Assembly (NCBI GenBank): GCA_040882355.1
Contig: JBBEBM010000021.1
Span: 1 to 36,293 of the forward strand
Source: Dehalococcoidia bacterium
GTDB lineage: Bacteria; Chloroflexota; Dehalococcoidia; DSTF01; RBG-16-68-14
DNA length: 36,293 bases
Reading direction: 5' to 3'
Shown here piece by piece: positions 1 to 8,918 of the stretch (positions are counted from its first letter, which is position 1; each line of letters begins with the position of its first letter). The position numbers were made by a program, and so were the translations under genes. The notes below the pieces were generated by a model. It was not told where the DNA came from. It searched no databases and worked only from the letters and a program-made list of their open reading frames with translations.

Positions 1-43
<43 letters not shown>

Positions 44-142
44 TTCGCGAGTCCGAGCGAGAGTTCCTCGCCCAGCACCGCCAGCGTCCTCGTGCTGTAC
101 AATGCGCCAGGCCGCAGGCCAGAGAACGAAGGAGTCGCTATC

Positions 143-547
143 ATGCCCTTCATCAAGCCGACTCGCGAACAGATCGCGCGTCTCGCCGAGAGCAACGACA
201 ACGGCCCCGTCATCATGCTCAACCTCCTCAAGTTCGCCAGGACGGCCGACGACGCCAGCGGCAAGACAGGCGCTGAGTCGTACGACACCTACGGCGACAA
301 GATGCGCGAGATCATGGCCGAGCGCGGCATCAAGCTCCTCTGGCGCGGGCGGGCGGACTCCGTCGTCATCGGCGACGACGACGCCGATGACTGGGACATG
401 GCGCTGCTGGTGCAGTACCCGTCGCGCAAGGCCTTTCTGGAGATGGGGTCGAGCAAGGAGTACGAGACGGTCGGCGAACACCGGACGGCGGCGCTCGTCG
501 ATTCCCGGCTGATCGCGTGCACCGAACAGTTTCGCGCGAAGGCGTAG
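143..547 (+). CDS. DUF1330 domain-containing protein
   Basis: AAGGAG RBS before ATG 143; typical motifs GPVIMLNLLKF and WDxALLVQYPSRKAFLEM...HRTAALxDSRLI; TACAAT -10 at 98-103. Confidence 0.8.
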   Translation: MPFIKPTREQIARLAESNDNGPVIMLNLLKFARTADDASGKTGAESYDTYGDKMREIMAERGIKLLWRGRADSVVIGDDDADDWDMALLVQYPSRKAFLEMGSSKEYETVGEHRTAALVDSRLIACTEQFRAKA

Positions 548-559
548 TGGAGCGATCCG

Positions 560-2128
560 ATGGGGCGCAAGATCCTCTTCATCACGACCGACCAGCAGCG
601 CTACGATGCCCTGGCCTGCAACGGGGGCAAGATCGCCCGCACTCCCGTCGTCGACAGGCTGGCCGCGACAGGCGTGAACTACCGGCGCGCCAACAACCAG
701 AACGTCGTCTGCATGCCCGCGCGATCGAGCATGATCACAGGCCAGTACGTGCGAACGCACGGAGTCTACGCCAACGGGGTCCCCCTGCCAGAGGACGCCC
801 CCAGCGTGGCAGCGTACCTGCACGAACGGGCCGGCTATCGCACGGCGCTGCTGGGCAAGGCGCACTTCCAGCCCGCGTTCGATCTCGCGGGCCGCTGGAC
901 CGAAAACCGGCTCGCCCGCGACGGCTCCACGGGGCCCTACCGCGGCTTCGAACACCTGGAGCTGGCCATGCACGGCCCGCAGCGGATGTGGCACTACGGC
1001 AAGTGGCTGGAGGACAACCATCCGGGCTACGTCACCGGCTTCTACCAGCTCTTCACGGCGAAAGGCATGAACGATGAGGGCGGCGGCGACACCGGCGCTC
1101 CCGAGGTGAAGTTCAACCCGCTCCCGCGCGAGTACTACCACACCGACTGGGTCGCCGACCGCACGATCGCGTACCTTGACTCGCTGGCCGCGGACGAAGA
1201 CTGGTTCGTCTGGATGAGCTTTCCCGACCCCCACCATCCCTGGGACCCGCCTGAGGCCGAGCTCTCGCGCGTCAACTGGCGCGAGCTCGATCTGCCGGAG
1301 GGACACCCTGGCAGCGTCGACAAGTGCGTGGAGATACTGTCGCAGAAGCCCGCGCACTGGCTCGCCTACTACGAGGGACGTTTCCGCAACTACGAGGGCG
1401 GCCCGCCGCGCTTCGTGCCGAAGCTGATGACGCACGACCAGGTGCGCGAAGTCCACGCGATGACGCACATCCAGAACGAGCTCATCGACGAAGCCTGCGG
1501 CCGGGTGATCGAGCGCGTGGGAGAGCGGGGCTGGGGCGACGACACCGACGTCTTCTTCACCACCGATCACGGTGAGTTGCAGGGAGACTTCGGGCTGCTC
1601 TTCAAAGGCCCCTACCACTGCGAGGCGCTCATGCACATCCCGATGATCTGGCGCCCGGCGCCGGCGGCGAACATCGCGCCGGCGGAGGTCTCCGACCCAG
1701 TCGGGCAGGTCGACCTCGCGCCCACGTTCTGCCAGATCGCCGGCGTCGAACCAGCCGAGTGGATGCAAGGAAGGGCGCTACCGCTGATCTCGGGCACCGG
1801 CCACGAACGCATGATCACGGAGTGGGACAGCCAGATGCCGGGCATGGGCTTCCATCTCCGTTCCATCTATCGCGACGGCTACACCTGCACCGTCTACGAA
1901 CCAACCACGCGCACGGCCACGGGTATCGACGGTCCGCGCTGGCAAAGCGACGTGATCTACGACGGCAGCGAGGGCGAGCTCTACAACCACGACGAGGACC
2001 CCCTGCAGTGGCGGAACCTCTGGGACGACGCGGCGCATGCCGTCATCAAGGCCGATCTCGTCGCCGACCTCCGCGACCACCTCCCGCCAGAACACCGTCC
2101 TCGCCTCCTTGCTGAGGCGCCCACGTAG
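560..2128 (+). CDS. Sulfatase (Cys-type, formylglycine-dependent) family protein
   Basis: ILFITTDQQR start, CMPARSSMITG (CxPxR) signature, GKAH, SFPDPHHP, TTDHG, ELYNHDEDP.QWRNLW. Confidence 0.92.
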   Translation: MGRKILFITTDQQRYDALACNGGKIARTPVVDRLAATGVNYRRANNQNVVCMPARSSMITGQYVRTHGVYANGVPLPEDAPSVAAYLHERAGYRTALLGKAHFQPAFDLAGRWTENRLARDGSTGPYRGFEHLELAMHGPQRMWHYGKWLEDNHPGYVTGFYQLFTAKGMNDEGGGDTGAPEVKFNPLPREYYHTDWVADRTIAYLDSLAADEDWFVWMSFPDPHHPWDPPEAELSRVNWRELDLPEGHPGSVDKCVEILSQKPAHWLAYYEGRFRNYEGGPPRFVPKLMTHDQVREVHAMTHIQNELIDEACGRVIERVGERGWGDDTDVFFTTDHGELQGDFGLLFKGPYHCEALMHIPMIWRPAPAANIAPAEVSDPVGQVDLAPTFCQIAGVEPAEWMQGRALPLISGTGHERMITEWDSQMPGMGFHLRSIYRDGYTCTVYEPTTRTATGIDGPRWQSDVIYDGSEGELYNHDEDPLQWRNLWDDAAHAVIKADLVADLRDHLPPEHRPRLLAEAPT

Positions 2129-2219
2129 CGCCAGGCGTCTCCGTCAGGCTGGACGCGAGGCCGACCAGGCGATCCCATCGCTCGGACTTGTGGCGCGGGA
2201 TGGCCGTGAGGAAGACCCC

Positions 2220-2249
2220 TTGACGGAAGCGGCGTCTCGGTCGTAGGCT
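2220..2249 (+). promoter_or_regulatory. Putative sigma70-type promoter for the hydrolase-subtilase cassette
   Basis: TTGACG (2220-2225), 18 nt, TAGGCT (2244-2249); GGAGG RBS before ATG 2298. Confidence 0.5.
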
Positions 2250-2297
2250 CTAACGGCACACGAGTGTCGGAGACGGAGCGGCTGGAGGGCGAGAGCC

Positions 2298-3164
2298 ATG
2301 CCTACAGTGGTCATCATCGTTCACGGGAGAAATCAACAACGCAAGGACCCAGTCGCGCTTGAAGCGCAGTGGGAGGGGGCGCTGCTGTCCGGGTTAAAGG
2401 CGGTCAGAGCGGGCCATCTCGACCGCGAACAGATCCTGTTCCCCTTCTACGGCGACCTGTATGACGACTACGGCCTGGCCACGCGTCTCCCGACTACCAT
2501 CGGAGACAAGCGAAAGCGTGTCCGGTTCGAGCGGGAAGTCGCGAGTGAAATCAGCGCGAAGCTGAAAGCGCGGCGAGCAAAGCCGCCGGCCGCAAGCAAG
2601 CGCCGCGAGGGCGAAGCGGCTGTCGGGCTGTTCGACCCCCTCATCAACGCATTCGATCGCGTTCCGGGCGTAAGCGGACCGTTCCTGCGCCTCATTTTTC
2701 GAGACGTCTATGACTACCTGCACGACGTTGGCGGCATTCGTCGGAAGACGATGGAGAGGGTCATTCCGGTGATTCGAGCGAACCGAAAGAACCGGATCGT
2801 ACTCGTCGGTCACAGCCTGGGCTCGGTTGTCACGTACGACATTCTCAACACACATCCCGAGCTGCGAGTCGATCTGTTCGTCACAATTGGGAGCCCGCTG
2901 GGAATCGACAAGGCGGTCCGGCAACGGCTGCTTCCCAGTCGGAGCGGAAAGCGTGTGGTGCCAACGGGTGTGGGATCCTGGCTGAATGCGGCAGACCAAG
3001 ACGACTACGTAGCCCTGGACGACACCCTCGCCGACGACTTCAAGGGCAGCGGGAAGGCGATCGTGACCGATATTCGCGTCCGCAACCCGAAGGGCCATTC
3101 CCACAGCGGGGAAGGCTACATCAGCCAACGCAAGGTCTGCACGGAACTGGCCAAACTACTCTAG
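2298..3164 (+). CDS. Ser-type alpha/beta-hydrolase (lipase/PGAP1-like), cytoplasmic
   Basis: IIVHG oxyanion motif, GHSLG nucleophile elbow, FVTIGSPLG, DxDDYVA acid, C-terminal HSH; no signal peptide. Confidence 0.85.
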   Translation: MPTVVIIVHGRNQQRKDPVALEAQWEGALLSGLKAVRAGHLDREQILFPFYGDLYDDYGLATRLPTTIGDKRKRVRFEREVASEISAKLKARRAKPPAASKRREGEAAVGLFDPLINAFDRVPGVSGPFLRLIFRDVYDYLHDVGGIRRKTMERVIPVIRANRKNRIVLVGHSLGSVVTYDILNTHPELRVDLFVTIGSPLGIDKAVRQRLLPSRSGKRVVPTGVGSWLNAADQDDYVALDDTLADDFKGSGKAIVTDIRVRNPKGHSHSGEGYISQRKVCTELAKLL

Positions 3165-3180
3165 CCAAGGAGGGGAGAGC

Positions 3181-4455
3181 ATGTCTACAAAGATCACGGA
3201 AGATCTCCGCGCCTCGGGTGTGGCGCAAGTGATCGTGGTGCTCAAGCAGTCCGGGGCCGGCGGTCCTTCTGAGCGCGCCATAGAGAGCATCCGAAGCCAG
3301 TTCGTGAGTACTGACTTGACACAGGATGCTGCGCTTGTCATGGCAAGGGCGAAGCGCCCCACAAGGAAGCTGGCCTTCGCCGAGGACATCGAGGAGGACC
3401 GCGCAGAGGCGGCGGCACTCCAGGCGCCGGCCGTTCGCTACTATCCCAATCTCGGGATTGCGCTCGGGACGGTAACGCGGACTGGCCTGGCGGCATTGCG
3501 TCGGAAGGAGAGCGTTGACAAGGTGGTAGGGGCGCCTCCGCTCAGCCTGATCAGGCCCCAGCGCGTGGCCTCGGCGCGGCTTACGCGCCAAATCACCTGG
3601 GGCATCGAAGCGATGGACATACCTGACCTGTGGCGCGAGGGCCTCAACGGCAAAGGCGTGCTGGTGGGACACCTGGACACCGGTGTGGACGGGAGCCACC
3701 CGGCGTTGAAGGGCGCAATCAGGAAATTTGCGGTCTTCGACGACCTCGGCCGGCAGGAGGCGAGACCGGGCAGGCCGTACGACACCGACGACCACGGCAC
3801 CCACACAGCCGCGACCATCGCCGGCAGACCCGTGAATGGCCGCGCCGTTGGCGTTGCGCCCGCTGCGAAGCTTGCCAGCGCGGTCGTGATCGAGAGCGGC
3901 AACGTGGTCGCCCGGGTGCTCGGCGGGCTCGACTGGGCGGTAGGGTTGCGCATGCGCGTGCTGAGCATGTCACTCGGGTTCCGGGGTTACTGGGATGACT
4001 TTCTGGGCCTGACCCAGGTCCTCCGGTCACGCGGCGTCCTGCCGGCGTTCGCGGTCGGCAATGAGGGTCCAGGCACGAGCCGTTCTCCCGGGAACTACTC
4101 GGAGGCGTTGTCGATAGGCGCAATTAGCGAGAGGAGGAGCGTCGCCGGCTTCTCCTCCAGTCAGCGCTTCCGTCGTAGGAGGGACGCGATTGTCCCGGAT
4201 CTTGTGGCGCCCGGCGTCGGGATCATCTCGGCCATGCCTGGAGGCGGTTATCAGGCGATGGACGGGACCTCAATGGCGACGCCGCATGTCGCGGGACTCG
4301 CAGCGCTGCTCTTTCAGGCCGAGCCGTCTGCGACGGTTGACGAAGTGGAGCGCGCCATCTTTGAGTCATGCCGCAGACCCGCCGGCATGCTACCCGAGCG
4401 TGGGCGCCGCGGACTGCCGAACGGCCCGCGGGCGCTGGCGCGGCTGAGGCGCTGA
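3181..4455 (+). CDS. S8 family serine peptidase (subtilase) with N-terminal prodomain, no signal peptide
   Basis: Triad motifs HLDTGVD, DHGTHTA, GTSMATP; oxyanion AVGNEG; PDLVAPG; AAGGAGG RBS. Confidence 0.95.
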   Translation: MSTKITEDLRASGVAQVIVVLKQSGAGGPSERAIESIRSQFVSTDLTQDAALVMARAKRPTRKLAFAEDIEEDRAEAAALQAPAVRYYPNLGIALGTVTRTGLAALRRKESVDKVVGAPPLSLIRPQRVASARLTRQITWGIEAMDIPDLWREGLNGKGVLVGHLDTGVDGSHPALKGAIRKFAVFDDLGRQEARPGRPYDTDDHGTHTAATIAGRPVNGRAVGVAPAAKLASAVVIESGNVVARVLGGLDWAVGLRMRVLSMSLGFRGYWDDFLGLTQVLRSRGVLPAFAVGNEGPGTSRSPGNYSEALSIGAISERRSVAGFSSSQRFRRRRDAIVPDLVAPGVGIISAMPGGGYQAMDGTSMATPHVAGLAALLFQAEPSATVDEVERAIFESCRRPAGMLPERGRRGLPNGPRALARLRR

Positions 4456-4501
4456 CTTCCGGCCAGCAAGGACCGGGCACCATCGGCTACACTGAACTGC
4501 A

Positions 4502-4834
4502 TTGAGTAAGCCGAAGCGAACGACCAAGGTAGATCCTGAACTCCGTAAGCAGTTGGACAAGGCCAGCGCTGACGAGCGGCCGGTCCAGGCCGTATTCGTG
4601 CTCAGGCAGAACGAAGCTGCTCAAGGCGGTCCGCCGACCGGGGAGGAAACGGACGAGCTGGCCCGCGAGCTGCTGGCTCGGGTGGCGGAGCAAGTTGGCG
4701 GGCAAGCCGACGATTTCAACATCTTCCGGAACATGGGGTCATTCGTCGTTTCCGCGAAGCCGGCGTTCGTGCGCGCCCTGCTGGAGCAGCCCGAAGTGTC
4801 CTCCGCTGTCGCGAACCAACAACCCGCCGAGTAA
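4502..4834 (+). CDS. Small protein resembling a stand-alone subtilase prodomain / inhibitor I9 fold
   Basis: TTG start (uncertain); pattern KVDPEL..PVQAVFVLRQ...FRNMGSFVV...ALLEQPEVSSAVANQ parallels the N-terminus of the adjacent subtilase. Confidence 0.65.
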   Translation: MSKPKRTTKVDPELRKQLDKASADERPVQAVFVLRQNEAAQGGPPTGEETDELARELLARVAEQVGGQADDFNIFRNMGSFVVSAKPAFVRALLEQPEVSSAVANQQPAE

Positions 4835-4934
4835 TCTTGGTGCGGCCGGCGGCGCGAGCTCACGTCCGCTTGCTCCCGGGCCCCGGCGATGATTCGCGAC
4901 GTTCGACGCGGGGCCTCGTCCGCGCCACTGGAAG

Positions 4935-4963
4935 TCGCCACTGGCCTGATCGTGGAGTATACT
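4935..4963 (+). promoter_or_regulatory. Putative promoter for the small membrane peptide
   Basis: TCGCCA (4935-4940), 17 nt, TATACT (4958-4963). Confidence 0.5.
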
Positions 4964-5022
4964 GATACCTCTCCCTGCACCCGATAGGGAAGGATACGAT
5001 ACGAGAGCGGAGGAGAAGAACG

Positions 5023-5127
5023 ATGGGAAAGGTACTACTCATCATCGGCATCGGCCTCTTGCTAGTGCTGGCAATGAAGGCCATCCAGTCATCAGGCGGC
5101 GAGTCTGAGGAGCTGGAGCAGATCTAG
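5023..5127 (+). CDS. 34-aa single-pass membrane peptide MGKVLLIIGIGLLLVLAMKAIQSSGGESEELEQI
   Basis: Not in the ORF track; GGAGGAG RBS, ATG 5023, TAG 5125-5127, about 15-residue hydrophobic stretch, upstream promoter. Confidence 0.65.
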   Translation: MGKVLLIIGIGLLLVLAMKAIQSSGGESEELEQI

Positions 5128-5315
5128 CCCGAAACGCGGCGGCTGCGCCGAACCCACAGGGCGGCTCGCTCATTGCGCCGAGCTCTTCGCGGTGGAGAGT
5201 CGGCCCACTGACGCTATGGCCCGCTCTGATCCACTTACGTTCAACCCGTACGTGACGCTGGCCGGGCAAGACGCGCGGCCTGCGGGGACATCAGTGGCGA
5301 TGAGCAACCAGCGCC

Positions 5316-5625
5316 GTGCGTACTCTCCTGGCAGGCACGCTGCTTGCGCTGGGAGCGGTACTCGCGCTTGCGGCGAACCTCGGGTTCTGGATCGAGCGCA
5401 CGGTCTACGACGCCGCTAACTTAGTGTCGACTGTAGACGACGTCCTGCACGACGACGACGTGCAGCTTGTCATCGCCGATCGCTTCACGACCACCCTGTT
5501 CGAGGGCGCGGACATCCAGCTCAGTGATCTACCTCGTGCTGATCCCGTACGTCGCCATTGCGCTGACGCTCCTCTACTTCGACCTGCAAGGGGGTCATGC
5601 TGGCGATGCGGCTGATGACGGTTAG
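5316..5625 (+). pseudogene. Remnant of membrane-protein gene(s): N-terminal fragment joined out of frame to a C-terminal fragment
   Basis: Frame from GTG 5316 is protein-like up to about 5520 (TM, then WIERTVYD...); a second frame from 5521 reads SVIYLVLIPYVAIALTLLYFDLQGG... to TAG 5625. Confidence 0.6.
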
Positions 5626-5658
5626 GTTCACTGCTCGATCGCGTCGCCGTAGCCCCGG

Positions 5659-8160
5659 CTACTGTGGGCGGCCCGGCGTGTCCGGAATCTGGAGCTTGAG
5701 GGTTGTGCCGTCACCAGGAACGCTGGTGATCGACAGCGTTCCGCCCGCCTTCGCGGCGCGCTCGCGCATGGAGCGGAGGCCGAGGTGCCCGGCGAAGTCC
5801 CCTTCCGGATCGAATCCAGAGCCATCGTCGCGCACCTCCAGAAGCACGGACGAATCGACGCGCTCCAGCCGCACGGATACGTTCGTGGCCTTCGCGTGCT
5901 TCACGATGTTGTGCAGGGCTTCCTGGCCGACGCGGTAGAACGCTTCCTTTACTTCGACCGGGGCATCCGGTTCGTCACAGTACGCCGCAGCGATCTCGAT
6001 GCCGAAGCGGGCCTGTGTGGCCGCGACCTGCTTTCGCAGCGCCTCGACGAGCCCCTCCATCTCCAGCGACTCGGGCCGCAGCTCGAAGATGAGCGCGCGC
6101 ATCTCGGCGAGACCGGCCTCGGCGAGCGAGAGGACGTAGTCGACGGGCTCGGCGGCGCGCGCGGGATCGCGGTCGAGCAGCTCGCGCGCGGTGCGCGCGC
6201 CGAGCGCGATGCCGTAGAGCGCCTGCGATACCGAATCGTGCAGTTCGCGCGCCAGCCGCTGCCTCTCTTCGAGGGAAGCGGCCTGCTGCGCTTTTTGGTA
6301 AAGATCGGCGTTCTCGATCGCCACGGCGGCGCGCTCCGCTAGCGCGATGAGGAGACGCCGTTCGTCATCCGAGAACTCGTGCGCTTCGGTATAGCCGACA
6401 CCGAAGCCGCCGAGGACGGCTCCTTTCGGAGACCGGATCGGAATGTCAGTGGTCGCCTGAATGCCCTCCATCTCCTGGATCGCACGTAACTGCGGAGAGA
6501 CGGCTGCTATGGACCCGGCCTCGTAGAACTGGGCTTCGAAGTCATTGGCCGGTCCGGGGTGACCGGCTCCCATCAAGGCATCTTGGAGCAGCGCAACGGA
6601 CTCGGCGGAGAAGTTTCGAGCGGCCCGCACGAACGCCTGCCCCCGCTGTTCGTCCCAGATGCTCACCAGGCTCTTGTCGGCGCTGAGCACGTCCACCGCC
6701 ACGTCGCACAGCGTCTGGAGCACCTCGTCCAGGTCCAGCGAGCGATACAACTCCGCGTCGGCGCGCAGCAGGGCGTCCAGCTCCCGCGTCCGCTCATCGA
6801 CCTTGCGCTCCAGCAGCCGCTCAGACTCGCGGAGCTGCTCGACCATAGTGTTGAACGACTGAGCGAGTGCCCCGAACTCATCGCCGCGGGGCAGCTCAAC
6901 CTTCGTGTCCAGGTTGCCTGCGGCCACGGCCTGAGTAGCGGCGGCAAGCTTCTGGACGGGCTGGACGACGAGGCGTCGGTTGAAGTAGGTGGCGCCGGCC
7001 AGGCCGACGACGAAGAGCGATCCCATCGCGATCAGCATGATCACAAATGTCCGGTTGCCCTCGTCCTCGATGCCCTCAGTGATCGCCGCGGCCTGCGCGG
7101 TGACCTCCGAGACGGGGGCCGCGGCGCCGAAGCTGCCTCCGATGGCGAGCATCGGCGCGTGGGCGACGAAGAAGGCCTCTCCGTTCAGCGTCAGCGTCTC
7201 CACCGTAACGGTGGAGTCACCGTTCTCATCCAGAGGCTCCGGCGACCTCATCGCCTCGAGGACTGCCGCAAGGTCGGCGTTGGTGTCCGCTTCGGAGCTC
7301 AGGAGGTCATACTTATCGGTGCGCATGAGATTGCCGGCGGTGTCCACGTAGAAGGCGAAGCCGCCCGGAGTTGGGTGAATGCCGTTGACCTGGTCGATCA
7401 GGTTATCGAGCGAGAGGTCAACCTGCACCATGCCACGGAATGCATCGCCGCTATAGACGGGCGAGTCCGCTGTGACGACCTGGCCCTGCCCGGCGGCGTC
7501 CTGGTACGGGGCGGTCCAGATGGTCTTGCGCTGCGGGTTCTGCTCGGGGCCGACGGGCGCCATTCGCTGAGCGAGATCGACGGTTGGCGGGACGACCTCT
7601 TGGATGCCGACCGCCGGGTAGTACCGTGCCACGCCGTTCGTGCTTATGAAGGCTATGGCTATAGGGTCGAAGTTTGTGCCGCCCACTTCGCCGGGGAACC
7701 CCTCAAAGAGGACCGGGAAGACCGCATCAAGCGACGTCGCGAAGGCGATGTCGTCCTGCACGGCCGGGTCATCCGGCGATTCGCCGTTGAGGATGACCAG
7801 GTCTGATGTCCGATCCGGCGCCGGGTCATAGTAGACGCCGCCGGCGGTCCGCGCGAGGCGAGAGGTGTCGAACGGCGTAGTCTCTCCTGGAGCGGCCGAG
7901 TCCATGTAGAGGGCAGCCCGCTTCCCGGTCTCGGCCACGGCCTCGAACTGGCCGCCGCCGGTCTCGGACGCGCCGCCCACGACCGCCTGGAGCGCCAGCT
8001 TGCCCTGCTCTTCGAGCGCCCGGCGGCTGCGCTCGGTAGCGCTGTCCTGCGTGCGGTTGAAGCCGGTGACCATCACCGCCAGAGTCGCCGCGCCCAGGAG
8101 CAGCAGGAAGACCAGCAGCGCCAGGTTGAGCTTCGCGCCTAGTGAGAGGGAGCGGCGCAC
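5659..8160 (-). CDS. Sensor histidine kinase (TM, Cache-like, TM, HAMP, GAF, HisKA_3, HATPase_c)
   Basis: WTAPYQDAAG Cache motif, HAMP DEFGALAQSFN, H-box ERQRLARELHDSVSQ, EALHNIVKHA, DDGSGF, GLRSMRER; GTG 1 nt after the regulator's stop. Confidence 0.95.
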   Translation of the reverse strand: MRRSLSLGAKLNLALLVFLLLLGAATLAVMVTGFNRTQDSATERSRRALEEQGKLALQAVVGGASETGGGQFEAVAETGKRAALYMDSAAPGETTPFDTSRLARTAGGVYYDPAPDRTSDLVILNGESPDDPAVQDDIAFATSLDAVFPVLFEGFPGEVGGTNFDPIAIAFISTNGVARYYPAVGIQEVVPPTVDLAQRMAPVGPEQNPQRKTIWTAPYQDAAGQGQVVTADSPVYSGDAFRGMVQVDLSLDNLIDQVNGIHPTPGGFAFYVDTAGNLMRTDKYDLLSSEADTNADLAAVLEAMRSPEPLDENGDSTVTVETLTLNGEAFFVAHAPMLAIGGSFGAAAPVSEVTAQAAAITEGIEDEGNRTFVIMLIAMGSLFVVGLAGATYFNRRLVVQPVQKLAAATQAVAAGNLDTKVELPRGDEFGALAQSFNTMVEQLRESERLLERKVDERTRELDALLRADAELYRSLDLDEVLQTLCDVAVDVLSADKSLVSIWDEQRGQAFVRAARNFSAESVALLQDALMGAGHPGPANDFEAQFYEAGSIAAVSPQLRAIQEMEGIQATTDIPIRSPKGAVLGGFGVGYTEAHEFSDDERRLLIALAERAAVAIENADLYQKAQQAASLEERQRLARELHDSVSQALYGIALGARTARELLDRDPARAAEPVDYVLSLAEAGLAEMRALIFELRPESLEMEGLVEALRKQVAATQARFGIEIAAAYCDEPDAPVEVKEAFYRVGQEALHNIVKHAKATNVSVRLERVDSSVLLEVRDDGSGFDPEGDFAGHLGLRSMRERAAKAGGTLSITSVPGDGTTLKLQIPDTPGRPQ

Positions 8161-8161
8161 G

Positions 8162-8797
8162 TCACGTTTGCAGCGGCGTCAGGCCGATCTGCGCCGCGTA
8201 GAGGGCGGCCTGCGTCCGGCTTTGCACGCCCAGCTTGCTCAGGATGTTGCTCACGTGCGTCTTCACCGTCTTTTCGCCGATGGCGAGCGCCACGGCGATC
8301 TCCTTGTTCGCCTTGCCCTGCGCCAGGAGCCGGAGCACATCCGTCTCGCGTTCGGTCAGCGCCTCCGGGCTCTCCGGCGCGCGCACCTCGCGCACCAGCC
8401 TGGCTGCTGCCTCCGGCGAAAGCTGCACCTGGCCCGCCGCTGCCGCCTTGATCGCCCGGCGGAGCTCGTCGGCCTGGGTGTCCTTGAGCAGATAACCGAT
8501 CGCGCCCGCCTTGACCGCCCCGACGACCGACGCGTCCTCTAGTACACTGGTGAGAGCGATTACCTCGACGTCCGGCAGGTCGCGCCGGATCGCCTCGGTC
8601 GCCGCGATGCCATCCATCACCGGCATCAGCAGGTCCATCAGCACCACGTCGGGCGCCAGCTCCTCCGCGAGCCGCCTCGCCTCAGAGCCATCGCTCGCCT
8701 CGCCCACGATCTCGAGCTCCGGATCCAGCTCCAAGAACATGCGTAGCCCCTGACGGACTACAGCGTGATCATCGGCGATGAGGATCCGAATCGGCAC
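8162..8797 (-). CDS. NarL/LuxR-family DNA-binding response regulator (LiaR/VraR-like)
   Basis: IRILIADDHAVVRQG, DVVLMDLLMP, GYLLKD, LTERETDVL...NKEIA...TVKTHVSNILSKL; start set at GTG 8797. Confidence 0.95.
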   Translation of the reverse strand: MPIRILIADDHAVVRQGLRMFLELDPELEIVGEASDGSEARRLAEELAPDVVLMDLLMPVMDGIAATEAIRRDLPDVEVIALTSVLEDASVVGAVKAGAIGYLLKDTQADELRRAIKAAAAGQVQLSPEAAARLVREVRAPESPEALTERETDVLRLLAQGKANKEIAVALAIGEKTVKTHVSNILSKLGVQSRTQAALYAAQIGLTPLQT

Positions 8798-8804
8798 GAG
8801 GGCC

Positions 8805-8813
8805 AGTATAGCA
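8805..8813 (-). promoter_or_regulatory. Extended -10 (TGCTATACT) of a probable leaderless response-regulator mRNA
   Basis: TGn-TATACT lies 7 nt upstream of GTG 8797, no SD. Confidence 0.7.
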
Positions 8814-8819
8814 GGCGCC

Positions 8820-8835
8820 TCCGCCTTTAGACGGA
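8820..8835. promoter_or_regulatory. 7-2-7 inverted repeat, likely NarL-family regulator box
   Basis: TCCGCCT-TT-AGACGGA inside the larger IR GGCGCCTCCG...CGGAGGCGCC; further CTCCGCC half-sites up to about 8875. Confidence 0.6.
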
Positions 8836-8918
8836 GGCGCCGTCTCCGCCGGAGGTCTCCGCCACCGCTCCGCCCGATGCGCGATTCGTCGCGGCGTCCC
8901 AGAGCAGATACTGGCACT

